Origin: Gemmatimonadota bacterium
GTDB lineage: Bacteria; Gemmatimonadota; Gemmatimonadetes; Palauibacterales; Palauibacteraceae
Length of the DNA: 64,000 nucleotides
Reading direction: 5' to 3'
Assembly: GCA_965116475.1 (NCBI GenBank)
Contig: OZ220691.1
Span: 1,632,001 to 1,696,000, forward strand
Each line of letters begins with the position of its first letter. The first letter of the stretch is position 1. The position numbers were made by a program, and so were the translations under genes. The notes beneath the pieces were generated by a model that worked only from the letters and a program-made list of their open reading frames with translations, did not search any database and was not told where the DNA came from. Below are positions 55,655 to 64,000 of the stretch, in pieces.

Positions 55655-56740
55655 CTAGTCATTCTCGGCTGGCAGCTTCTCGCTCGCACAAGTAATCACT
55701 TCATCTGTTAGCCAACCCTGCTCACGGAGAACGTCGTGGGCGAGCGTGATTTGCCGTTGCGTGAAGGCATGTTTCCGTGCATTCCAAGCGTACGCTCGGT
55801 TGACCACGTGATCCACGCTACGAGCATCCTCCCGTGTAACTACCCAATGGACCGTGGACAGTAACTCCAAGCCGAATGGCGACTCAAAACCGGCTACGAG
55901 TTCTGCGACGCGATTGAAGCGGGCTTGTGTATCCGTTGTGGCCGCCACGTAAGCGCTGGCATCCTCGATCGCTCCCGGTACCAAGCTCAGCCGCTTGTTC
56001 GGCCGATCACCTCCGTCCGCGTAGCCCGAAACCATGTGCCCCTCTATAGCATGAAGCACATGACGGAGATTCTCCGCATAGGGCCCGTAGTGCCCTTTCT
56101 GGAACTTGAGCTTCAGCGGCTCTCCCGCAGCCTGCATAAAATACATCAGCTTGTGGGCTTCCTGGAGCGTGACGAACGGATCCAGTAGGCCCCTCAGGTA
56201 TCGATCGAGTAGTCCGACCAGCGCGGCGCGTCCAGGAGTCATGCGAGGTACGTCGCTAGAGCGGTTCGTCCGCGAATCCAGCGGACCGCCTCCCGGTTCG
56301 AAGACGACGACGTCGATGTCTTCAAGATCCTCGAACGCCTGGAGGATGCGAGCCCGTACCAGCGACCAGTCGAGTCCGCCCAGACCGCTCCCGAGCGGTG
56401 GGATAGCGACGGAGCGGATGTCACGCTTGCGGATTTCCTCGACGAGAGACCGCAACCCGGATTCGATGTCCTCAAGGCGGCTCTTCCCACGCCAGTGACG
56501 CTTGCTGGGGAAGTTGATGATGTATCGCGGCGGCACTCCTGAACCTGTTTCGAAGACGAAGACCCGCCCCGGCTTCATCTCTCCCCGCTTACAATGAGCG
56601 GCGTAGGCCTTGAAGTTCGAGGGGAAGGCGCGCTTAAACTGGAGGGCAATCCCGCGCCCCATCACACCGACGCAGTTGACGGTGTTGACAAGAGCCTCGG
56701 CGTCCTCCGCGAACATGTCGCCCGTCTTGAACCGGATCAC
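55655..56740 (-). CDS. darG: Macrodomain antitoxin, DNA ADP-ribosylglycohydrolase
   Basis: 'LVNTVNCVGVMGRGIALQFK', 'INFPSKRHWR', 'PPLGSGLGGL', C-terminal 'GHYGPYA' and 'LELLSTVHW'; SD GGAGG. Confidence 0.9.
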   Translation of the reverse strand: MIRFKTGDMFAEDAEALVNTVNCVGVMGRGIALQFKRAFPSNFKAYAAHCKRGEMKPGRVFVFETGSGVPPRYIINFPSKRHWRGKSRLEDIESGLRSLVEEIRKRDIRSVAIPPLGSGLGGLDWSLVRARILQAFEDLEDIDVVVFEPGGGPLDSRTNRSSDVPRMTPGRAALVGLLDRYLRGLLDPFVTLQEAHKLMYFMQAAGEPLKLKFQKGHYGPYAENLRHVLHAIEGHMVSGYADGGDRPNKRLSLVPGAIEDASAYVAATTDTQARFNRVAELVAGFESPFGLELLSTVHWVVTREDARSVDHVVNRAYAWNARKHAFTQRQITLAHDVLREQGWLTDEVITCASEKLPAEND

Positions 56741-56760
56741 ACGCACCTCCGCTCGCCGCT

Positions 56761-57408
56761 TCAATAGTACCAATCCGGTCTCAATTCCACACGGGGCACA
56801 TGCTCCGCTCCTGTTAGCTCGGAGATTGCTTGACGCTGGACTACCTTTGAATGAACGCCTACACGGGTGACGAGCTGCCACGGGAACGACGATTCCATGA
56901 GAAACTCGGCCTGCTTACCTTCCTTCTTGCGCCGCCAATCCCCGGCTCGGACAGCCGACCAGTCGATTCGGTGAAGGTCTTCCAGGTCGGACCAATCATC
57001 GAAGTACGAGGAGCCTGCGTTGGACGCGGTGAACGCCCAACGTCGGTTCGCCCGCTCCGCCCACTCGATCGCATCGTGCAAATCGGCTTCGAGGTGTACG
57101 ATAGGTTCCTGCCCTCCACGATAGGTGAGTTCACGATGGTTGCTTCGATAAACCAAGTAAAGCATGACCGACCGAGGGCAGAAGTAGAACGGTACGCAGT
57201 CGCCCACGTTGAGCTCCGGATGACTCGCGAGTTTCGTGCGTGCGCGTCTCGCCTTGATCTCCGTCATCCCGATCGCTGTCCCAACCTTGGGACGCTTCAT
57301 CATCGCCGTGTCACACAGGAGCCCTCCGTCGCCTACGATCGAAGCGAGACGGTCGACATGAACGATGTGATACAACCTGGGCCTTGCCGGAACCTGGTGA
57401 TGAGGCAT
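56761..57408 (-). CDS. darT: DNA ADP-ribosyltransferase toxin (DUF4433)
   Basis: 'LYHIVHVD.L.SI', 'VPFYFCPRSVMLY', 'SNAG', 'KQAEFL', terminal WYY; directly upstream of darG. Confidence 0.92.
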   Translation of the reverse strand: MPHHQVPARPRLYHIVHVDRLASIVGDGGLLCDTAMMKRPKVGTAIGMTEIKARRARTKLASHPELNVGDCVPFYFCPRSVMLYLVYRSNHRELTYRGGQEPIVHLEADLHDAIEWAERANRRWAFTASNAGSSYFDDWSDLEDLHRIDWSAVRAGDWRRKKEGKQAEFLMESSFPWQLVTRVGVHSKVVQRQAISELTGAEHVPRVELRPDWYY

Positions 57409-57426
57409 TAGGCCTTGCGACGCCCG

Positions 57427-58026
57427 TCAGTTCGACCAGGGGGGGACGATGCCGTTCATGCGGGCGTAGGAGACGGACTGGCCGACGTGTTCGTTCATGT
57501 GGGAGACGAGCTGCAGGAGGACGGCCCAGCCCTGCACGGTGCGGCCGTAGAGTTCCGTCTCGCCGTCGAGCTTCGCCTCCGTTAACGCGCCCACCTGCTC
57601 GTTCACGTGGCGCACGGACATCTCGTAGATCTCGCGCACCTTCTCCTTGTCGCGGATCGATTCGATGTCGGCGTAGTCGAACCCGTTCGGAGGCGCGATC
57701 CCCAGGTTCTCGTCGAGGTACATGAAGTTGTAGCGCGCGATGTGCATGAAGACCTCGCCCACCTGCATCACGCCCTCGCCGGGCGCCCACGAGAACTTGT
57801 CGGCGGGCATCACGCGCACGAGTTCGGAGATCTTGTAGCTCGAGCGCTGGAAGTGGCCGAGAAGTTCGTCCCGGATCGTGACGGGATCCGTGACCGTCGT
57901 CGGCTCGAAACCGTTGGAGGTCAGGACGACCGCGGGCGTCTGGCCGATCACGCTCGCGGGAGCCAGGGCCCCGGCGGCGATGATCGTTCCGGTGATGGCG
58001 AGCGCTGCGATGGTGTTCCGCTTCAT
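57427..58026 (-). CDS. Exported DinB family protein
   Basis: Signal peptide; 'MPADKFSWAP.EGV', 'HMNEH.GQ.V.YARMNGIVPPWS'. Confidence 0.88.
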   Translation of the reverse strand: MKRNTIAALAITGTIIAAGALAPASVIGQTPAVVLTSNGFEPTTVTDPVTIRDELLGHFQRSSYKISELVRVMPADKFSWAPGEGVMQVGEVFMHIARYNFMYLDENLGIAPPNGFDYADIESIRDKEKVREIYEMSVRHVNEQVGALTEAKLDGETELYGRTVQGWAVLLQLVSHMNEHVGQSVSYARMNGIVPPWSN

Positions 58027-58197
58027 GAGACGATCCTCCCTCTGTCTGACGGTATCGCCAGTCGTGTTCCCTGCCGGGGCCGGGGCCGGGCGAGTTCGGG
58101 ACGCATTCCTGCGACCCACCCGGATGATATGATACAGCCCGCTCGCTCGTTGTGTCTCATGTACGGAGCGAGCCGATCCCGAACCCTCGCGAGGCGC

Positions 58198-61100
58198 ATG
58201 CCCCACGGTCTGCTGGACATTCACCAGGACGCCCGGCCCTTCGTCCACGTCACACTGCTCGCGGCGGCCGCGCTCTGCGGCGGGTGCGGGCCGGGGGCGC
58301 TCGACTGGGTCGAGGAGGACGGCTATCGCTGGGCCGAGCTTCGGGTGTCGGGGGACGACGAGCCGGGGTTCGAGCGGCTCGACCCTTCGGAGACGGGGAT
58401 CTCGTTCGAAAACGTCGTCACCGAAGAGCAGTACATCGCGAACAGCCACTACCTGAACGGGTCCGGCGTGGCGGCGGGGGACGTGGACGGCGACGGGCGC
58501 GTCGATCTCTACTTCGCGGGGATGGACGGGCCGAACCGACTCTACCGGAACCTCGGCGGCTGGCGCTTCGAGGACATCGCCGAGGAGGCGGGGGTCGCGG
58601 CGGCAGGCCGCTTCTCGACGGGCGCCGTGTTCGCGGATGTGGACGGGGACGGAGACCTCGACCTCCTGGTCAACGCGCTCGGCGGACCGAACGCGCTCTA
58701 CCTGAACGACGGCACCGGCTATTTTACGGACGGGACGGAGGAGGCGGGGCTCTCGTCGACGCTCGGGAGCATGTCGATGGCGCTCGCCGACATCGACGGG
58801 GACGGGGACCTCGACCTCTACGTGGTGAACAACAAGGTCGCGACGGTGCAGGACCTCTTCCCCCCGGAAGTCCTTCAGCCGAGCAACATCTACCGTCAGA
58901 CGGGGAACGGGTTCGAGATCCTCCCCGAATGGCGGGAGCACTTCACGCTCGGCGAGGTGCGGGAGGGGATGGTCCCTCGGCTCGAACTCGCGGAACCCGA
59001 CCGGCTCTATCTGAACGACGGGACGGGACGGTTCACACCGGTGCCGTGGACGGGGGGCGCGTTCCTCGACGCGGAGGGGCGGCCGCTGGAGGCCGAGCCG
59101 GTGGAATGGGGACTCGCGGCCCGTTTCCAGGACATGGACGGGGACGGGGATCCCGACCTGTACGTCTGCAACGACTTCCACAGCCCCGATCACATCTGGA
59201 TCAACGACGGGACGGGACGCTTCCGGATGCTCGAGCCGCTCGCCATGCGGAACACGAGCTTCGCCTCGATGGCGGTGGATTTTTCGGACGTGGACCGGGA
59301 CGGGTTGACGGACTTCTTCGTGGCGGAAATGCTGAGCCGGGAGCAGCGGCTGCGCATGAAGCAGATGGTGGGGGGCGAGCCTGATCGGCCGTTCGCGGGA
59401 CGGATCGGGAACCGGCCGCAGAAGCCGCGCAACACGCTCTACCTGAGCCGGGGGGACGGCACGTGGTCGGAGGCCGCGCAGTTCGCGGGCCTCGACGCAT
59501 CCGGCTGGTCGTGGGGGAGCACGTTCGTGGATGTCGATCTCGACGGGTTCGAGGATCTGCTCGTGGGCACGGGGCACTTCTACGACGCGATGGACAAGGA
59601 CGCGGCGCAGAGAGTCGGGTCGATGGACTGGCGGCAGCGGATCCTCGGCTTCCCGCCGCTGCGCCTCTCGAACGTCGCCTTCCGCAATCGCGGAGACCTG
59701 ACCTTCGAGGAGGTCGGGGAGGCGTGGGGGTTCGCGGGGGACGAGGACATCACGCACGGGATGGCGACGGCGGATCTCGACGGGGACGGGGACCTGGACA
59801 TCGTCACGAACCGGCTGCTCGCGCCCGCGGGCGTGTACCGAAACGAGGGCCGGGCGACGCGCGTAGCCGTGCGGCTCGTCGGCCGGGGGCTCAACACCGG
59901 GGGCGTGGGGGCGCAGATCCGTCTCACGGGGAGCGGGTTGCCGGTACAGACGAAGGAGATCGTCGCCGGAGGCCTGTACCTCTCCGGTTCGGAGGCGATG
60001 GCCAGCTTCGCCGCCGCGGGTGAGGAGATGACGATCGAGGTCGCGTGGCGGGACGGGGCGGTGAGCCGGGTGGAGGGCGTCCGCGCGAACCGCATCTACG
60101 AGATCCGGGAACCCGCGGCGGGCGACGCGGCGGCGGCTTCGGGCGCCAGCTCGGCGGGGACGGCGGAATCGGACGCGCCTCTGTTCGACGACGTGTCCGC
60201 GCTGCTCGGGCACCGTCACCGGGAGAACGCGTTCGACGACTTCGCGCAGCAGCCGCTCATCACTTGGCGCCTCGGACAGGGCGGCCCCGGCGTCGCGTGG
60301 AGCGATATCGACGGAGACGGAGACACGGACGCCCTCGTCGGCGGGGGGGGCGGCGCCGGCCTCTCGGTCTTCCGCGGCGACGGCGAGGGCGGGTTCTCTC
60401 CGGACCGGGGAGCGCGGGGCAGCGCAGCGGCCGGGCCGGCGCCATCCCCGGGCGACCAGACGGGCCTCGTCATCGTCCCCGGCCCGGCCGGCGCCACGGT
60501 GGTCGTCGGAACCGCGACGTACGATGGCACCGACCGGGCGGCCCCCTCGGCCACGGTGCTGCGGGCCTCGGGCACGGCGCTCCGGGAAGCACAGACGCTC
60601 CCGGCCGCCGAGTCGAGCACCGGCCCGCTCGCGGCGGCCGACTATGACGGGGACGGCGATGTCGACCTCTTCGCGGGCGGCCGCGTGATCCCCGGCCAGT
60701 ATCCGGCGGCGGCGACGTCCCGCCTCTTCCTCAACGAAGGCGGCCGCTACGTCCTCGGCGAGTCGAACGGGGCGGCCCTGACCGACGTGGGCCTCGTGTC
60801 CGGCGCCGTCTTCAGCGATGTGGACGCGGACGGGGACCCGGACCTCCTCCTCGCCATCGAGTGGGGACCCGTCCGGCTGCTCGTCAATCGCGATGGACGA
60901 TTCGAGGACGCGACGGCCGCGTTCGGACTCGAGTCCCGGACGGGGTGGTGGAACGGGGTGACGGCGGGAGACCTCAACGGGGACGGGCTGCCCGACCTGA
61001 TCGCCTCCAACCGGGGACTCAACTCGCAGTTCGCCGCGAGTCCCGAGCATCCGGCCACGGCCTATCACGCCGACCTGGACAACGATGGGTTCCGCGATGT

Positions 61101-61947
61101 CATTGAGGCGCGCTACGACCAGTTCACGCGCTCGATGGTGCCGGTGCGGGGACTCCTCACGCTGGCCGGCGGCCTTCCCTTCCTTCGCGGCCGCATCCAG
61201 GGGTTCGAGCACTACGGGCAGTTGGGTGTGAACGAGATCCTCGAACAGCCCGCGGACCTCCTGCCCACGGTCGAGGCGACGACGCTGGCGCACACCGTGT
61301 TCATCAACCGCGGCGGGTCGTTCGAAGCGTTCGACCTGCCGCGCGAAGCGCAGTTGGCCCCCGCCTTTCACGCAGGCGTGGCCGACATGGACGGCGACGG
61401 ACACGAGGACGTCTTCCTGAGCCAGAACCTGTTCGCGCTGCGCGGCGAGGCGGACCGGAACGACGGGGGCCGCGGCCTGTGGCTGCGGGGCGACGGGACG
61501 GGGGCGCTGACGCCGGTCCCGGGGCAGCGGTCGGGCATCGCGGTGTACGGCGAGCAGCGCGGGGCGGCCTTCGCCGACTACGACGGCGATGCGCGCGTGG
61601 ACGTGCTGATCGGCCAGAACGCGGCCGGGACGAAACTGTACCGGAACGCGGGCGCGAAGCCCGGGTTGCGCGTGCGGCTGCTCGGCAGCCGCGGCAACCC
61701 GGCCGCCATCGGCGCCGCCATCCGCATCGAGTACCGCGACGGAGCGCTGGGTCCGCTGCGAGAGGTGCGGGCCGGTGGCGGCTACTGGTCGCAGGACGAT
61801 CCGATTCAGGTGATGGGACTCGCGGCGGAGCCGACCGCCGTCCGCGTGCGCTGGCCCGACGGCTCGGAGACCGTCACGCCGCTCGACGCGCCGACCCCGC
61901 TGGAGGTCACGATCGACGCCGTCGGCGCGCTGGTCGCTCGCCGGTAG
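58198..61947 (+). CDS. CRTAC1/ASPIC-UnbV family FG-GAP (VCBS) lipoprotein with two repeat clusters
   Basis: 'NGSGVAAGDVDGDG', many D.DGDGD.D repeats, 'SGWSWG', ASPIC-like 'GGYWSQ..P....GL...VRWPDG'. Confidence 0.88.
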   Translation: MPHGLLDIHQDARPFVHVTLLAAAALCGGCGPGALDWVEEDGYRWAELRVSGDDEPGFERLDPSETGISFENVVTEEQYIANSHYLNGSGVAAGDVDGDGRVDLYFAGMDGPNRLYRNLGGWRFEDIAEEAGVAAAGRFSTGAVFADVDGDGDLDLLVNALGGPNALYLNDGTGYFTDGTEEAGLSSTLGSMSMALADIDGDGDLDLYVVNNKVATVQDLFPPEVLQPSNIYRQTGNGFEILPEWREHFTLGEVREGMVPRLELAEPDRLYLNDGTGRFTPVPWTGGAFLDAEGRPLEAEPVEWGLAARFQDMDGDGDPDLYVCNDFHSPDHIWINDGTGRFRMLEPLAMRNTSFASMAVDFSDVDRDGLTDFFVAEMLSREQRLRMKQMVGGEPDRPFAGRIGNRPQKPRNTLYLSRGDGTWSEAAQFAGLDASGWSWGSTFVDVDLDGFEDLLVGTGHFYDAMDKDAAQRVGSMDWRQRILGFPPLRLSNVAFRNRGDLTFEEVGEAWGFAGDEDITHGMATADLDGDGDLDIVTNRLLAPAGVYRNEGRATRVAVRLVGRGLNTGGVGAQIRLTGSGLPVQTKEIVAGGLYLSGSEAMASFAAAGEEMTIEVAWRDGAVSRVEGVRANRIYEIREPAAGDAAAASGASSAGTAESDAPLFDDVSALLGHRHRENAFDDFAQQPLITWRLGQGGPGVAWSDIDGDGDTDALVGGGGGAGLSVFRGDGEGGFSPDRGARGSAAAGPAPSPGDQTGLVIVPGPAGATVVVGTATYDGTDRAAPSATVLRASGTALREAQTLPAAESSTGPLAAADYDGDGDVDLFAGGRVIPGQYPAAATSRLFLNEGGRYVLGESNGAALTDVGLVSGAVFSDVDADGDPDLLLAIEWGPVRLLVNRDGRFEDATAAFGLESRTGWWNGVTAGDLNGDGLPDLIASNRGLNSQFAASPEHPATAYHADLDNDGFRDVIEARYDQFTRSMVPVRGLLTLAGGLPFLRGRIQGFEHYGQLGVNEILEQPADLLPTVEATTLAHTVFINRGGSFEAFDLPREAQLAPAFHAGVADMDGDGHEDVFLSQNLFALRGEADRNDGGRGLWLRGDGTGALTPVPGQRSGIAVYGEQRGAAFADYDGDARVDVLIGQNAAGTKLYRNAGAKPGLRVRLLGSRGNPAAIGAAIRIEYRDGALGPLREVRAGGGYWSQDDPIQVMGLAAEPTAVRVRWPDGSETVTPLDAPTPLEVTIDAVGALVARR

Positions 61948-61995
61948 AAGTCGGGAGCCGCCCGCCCGCGACGAGCCGGCCGGTCGTCGGGCGCC

Positions 61996-62526
61996 TCAGC
62001 CGCCCGTCAGTGCCCGGATCCGCTGGGCGACGTCGCGGACCATCTCGTTGGGAATCGGGATCGTGAGGTTGTACTGCGCGATCTTCCAACCCCCGTCTTC
62101 CATCACGAGCACGCCGCTGCCGCGCGTTTCACCGAGGTTGGCGTTCTCGAGACGCTCGTCGAACCAGGCGGTGGCCCCGCCGGGCGCGATCGCGATGTGG
62201 CGCTCGAGCATGTGGTAGGTCCAGCCCGTGCCCGTATCGAAGCGGGCTTTCGTGTAGTCCATGAACTCCTCGCGCGTCCAGCGCTCGGTCGCGTCGGTGC
62301 CGAGGAAGACGGCCTCGCCGGCGTAGAGGCTGAAGTAGCCCTCGAAGTCGGCCTCCGAGGCCGCCGCGTGGAGCGCATCGAGAACCGCGGAGACCTCGGC
62401 CCGGGCGTCATCCTGCCCGGCGACGGGAGGGACCGGCGCCGCCGACGCGATCACGAGAGCGAAACCGGCCAGGCGAGCAATGGACCGCCGCGACCGGCGG
62501 CCGGTGTCGTTCATCACGTTCGGCAT
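61996..62526 (-). CDS. Exported NTF2/SnoaL-like protein
   Basis: 'LH.AAS.AD...YF', 'FLGTDATERW', 'AWFDE.L', 'RGSGVL', 'WKIAQYNLTIPIPN'. Confidence 0.85.
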   Translation of the reverse strand: MPNVMNDTGRRSRRSIARLAGFALVIASAAPVPPVAGQDDARAEVSAVLDALHAAASEADFEGYFSLYAGEAVFLGTDATERWTREEFMDYTKARFDTGTGWTYHMLERHIAIAPGGATAWFDERLENANLGETRGSGVLVMEDGGWKIAQYNLTIPIPNEMVRDVAQRIRALTGG

Positions 62527-62671
62527 GGGTTCCTCGGGGTCTGGCAGCCGGTGGCTGCGGGGTTGCGGGTGTCGGCTGATCCTACCTGAGCCGGCTGCGA
62601 CCAACTAGTGTTTCGAGGAGTCCGCCTGGAGACTCCGAATCCGCGATCCTGTTTCCACTCGGGAGGATGTC

Positions 62672-63994
62672 ATGCCGCCACGCACCGCTGGTCCGATGCG
62701 AGGCCTCGGAGTTCCGATGGCCCGCGTGACCGCCGTTTCCATCCTCGCGATCCCGATCGCGAGCGGGTGCGCGACGGACGCCGGCACGGACGCATCGGAC
62801 CTGTCCGCCGCCGGTCCGGACGCCGCCGTGGTGATCCGGGCGGACCGGATGCTCGACGGGCGCGGCGCCGTGCTCACGGGACGGGAACTCGTGGTGCGGG
62901 ACGGGCGGATCGAAGCCATCGCCGAAGCGGGGGCCACGGAGGGCGCCGTGGTATACGAACTTCCGGGGGCGACCGTGCTGCCGGGGCTCATCGACACGCA
63001 CGTCCATCTCGGTTGGCACTTCGACGCGGCGACGGGGCGGCTGAGCAGCGCGGAGTCGACGGCGACGGCGGAGGACCGCGTGCTCTACGCGGCCGAGAAT
63101 GCCTGGAACATGCTCGCGAGCGGCGTCACGACCGTGCAGAGCCTGGGCGGACCGGAGGACGTGCCGGTGCGGGACGCGATCGCGCGCGGATCGCTGCCGG
63201 GACCGCGGATCCTCACGTCGATCCAGCCCATCACGCTCGGGAGCGGCGGACCGGAGGAGATCCGGGCCCGCGTGGACGAACTGGCGTCGGCCGGCGCGGA
63301 TGTGATCAAGATCTTCGCGTCCGCCAGCATCAGGGTCGGCGGCACCCCCACGCTGAGCCAGGAGCAGCTCGACGCCGCCTGCGGCCAGGCGCGCGAGCGC
63401 GGCCTCCGCGCCGTGGTCCACGCTCACGGTCCCGAGAGCGCGCGGCGCTCGGCCCTCGCCGGCTGCCAACAGATCGAGCACGGTGCCCTCCTGGATCGCG
63501 AAACGCTCGAACTCCTGGCCGAACGCCGGCTCTACTACGATCCGCACACCCACCTGATCTTCGAGAACTACTTCGTCAACCAGGACCGCTACCTCGGCAT
63601 CGGGAACTACACCGAAGACGGCTTCCGCCAGATGCGCGCGGCGGTGCCGGTCGCGCTCGCCGCCTTCCGGGAGGCGCTCGATGTCGAAGGGCTCGACATC
63701 GTGTTCGGGACCGACGCCGTGGCCGGAGCGCACGGGCGCAACTGGACGGAACTGGTGTACAGAGTACGTGAGGGCGGGCAGGACCCGATGGATGCCATCG
63801 TCTCGGCCACGAGCCTGGCGGCGGCTTCGCTCGAGCTCGCGGAGACGGTGGGCACCCTCGCCCCGGGGTTCGACGCCGATGTCATCGCCGTGGCGGGCGA
63901 TCCGACGGTCGATATCGGCGCCCTCGAGCATGTCGTACTTGTTATGCGACGCGGAGTGGTCTACCGGCACCGGCCGCTCGGGGAGACGCCGTGA
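62672..63994 (+). CDS. Amidohydrolase family lipoprotein
   Basis: 'LPGLIDTHVH', 'GVTTVQ', 'GADVIK', 'HAHG', 'IEHG', 'FGTDA'; start may be ATG 62697 or 62717. Confidence 0.88.
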   Translation: MPPRTAGPMRGLGVPMARVTAVSILAIPIASGCATDAGTDASDLSAAGPDAAVVIRADRMLDGRGAVLTGRELVVRDGRIEAIAEAGATEGAVVYELPGATVLPGLIDTHVHLGWHFDAATGRLSSAESTATAEDRVLYAAENAWNMLASGVTTVQSLGGPEDVPVRDAIARGSLPGPRILTSIQPITLGSGGPEEIRARVDELASAGADVIKIFASASIRVGGTPTLSQEQLDAACGQARERGLRAVVHAHGPESARRSALAGCQQIEHGALLDRETLELLAERRLYYDPHTHLIFENYFVNQDRYLGIGNYTEDGFRQMRAAVPVALAAFREALDVEGLDIVFGTDAVAGAHGRNWTELVYRVREGGQDPMDAIVSATSLAAASLELAETVGTLAPGFDADVIAVAGDPTVDIGALEHVVLVMRRGVVYRHRPLGETP

Positions 63995-64000
63995 AGCGGC

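Noticed and set aside
58027..61404. Giant N-terminal extension of DinB (1325-aa ORF)
   Set aside because: Antisense to the CRTAC1-like gene. The real DinB start is ATG 58026, with SD GGAGG and a signal peptide.

Overview
High-GC bacterial chromosomal window, densely coding, with about 55 supportable CDS. No rRNA, tRNA, CRISPR array or intact transposase was seen. The gene content (many secreted amidohydrolases, M14 and BNR/VPS10 proteins, FG-GAP/CRTAC1 proteins, DUF1592/DUF1552, sulfotransferases, creatininases, many TA pairs) suggests a Gemmatimonadota/Acidobacteriota-like and possibly sponge-associated organism; this is inference only. Main blocks: (1) a corrinoid salvage locus (TonB receptor and beta-propeller lipoprotein, convergent with cobT-cobU-cobS-cobC); (2) an exported creatininase-like / Ig-like / heme c + PHM-type copper monooxygenase operon facing a DUF1592-DUF1552-ankyrin operon, split by hicAB; (3) tyrA, an NSS transporter, a Thr/Ser dehydratase and a DUF5916 outer-membrane protein; (4) rhodanese, FG-GAP protein, msrB and multicopper oxidase; (5) a GT2/sulfotransferase cluster with a poly-G tandem repeat; (6) an M56(BlaR1-like)-BlaI-M56 cassette with a clear promoter and twin operators; (7) five TA modules, one with a frameshifted antitoxin, including a lower-GC darT-darG + DUF3644 (HEPN-motif) defence islet. 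All product calls come from motif recognition by eye, not from database searches.
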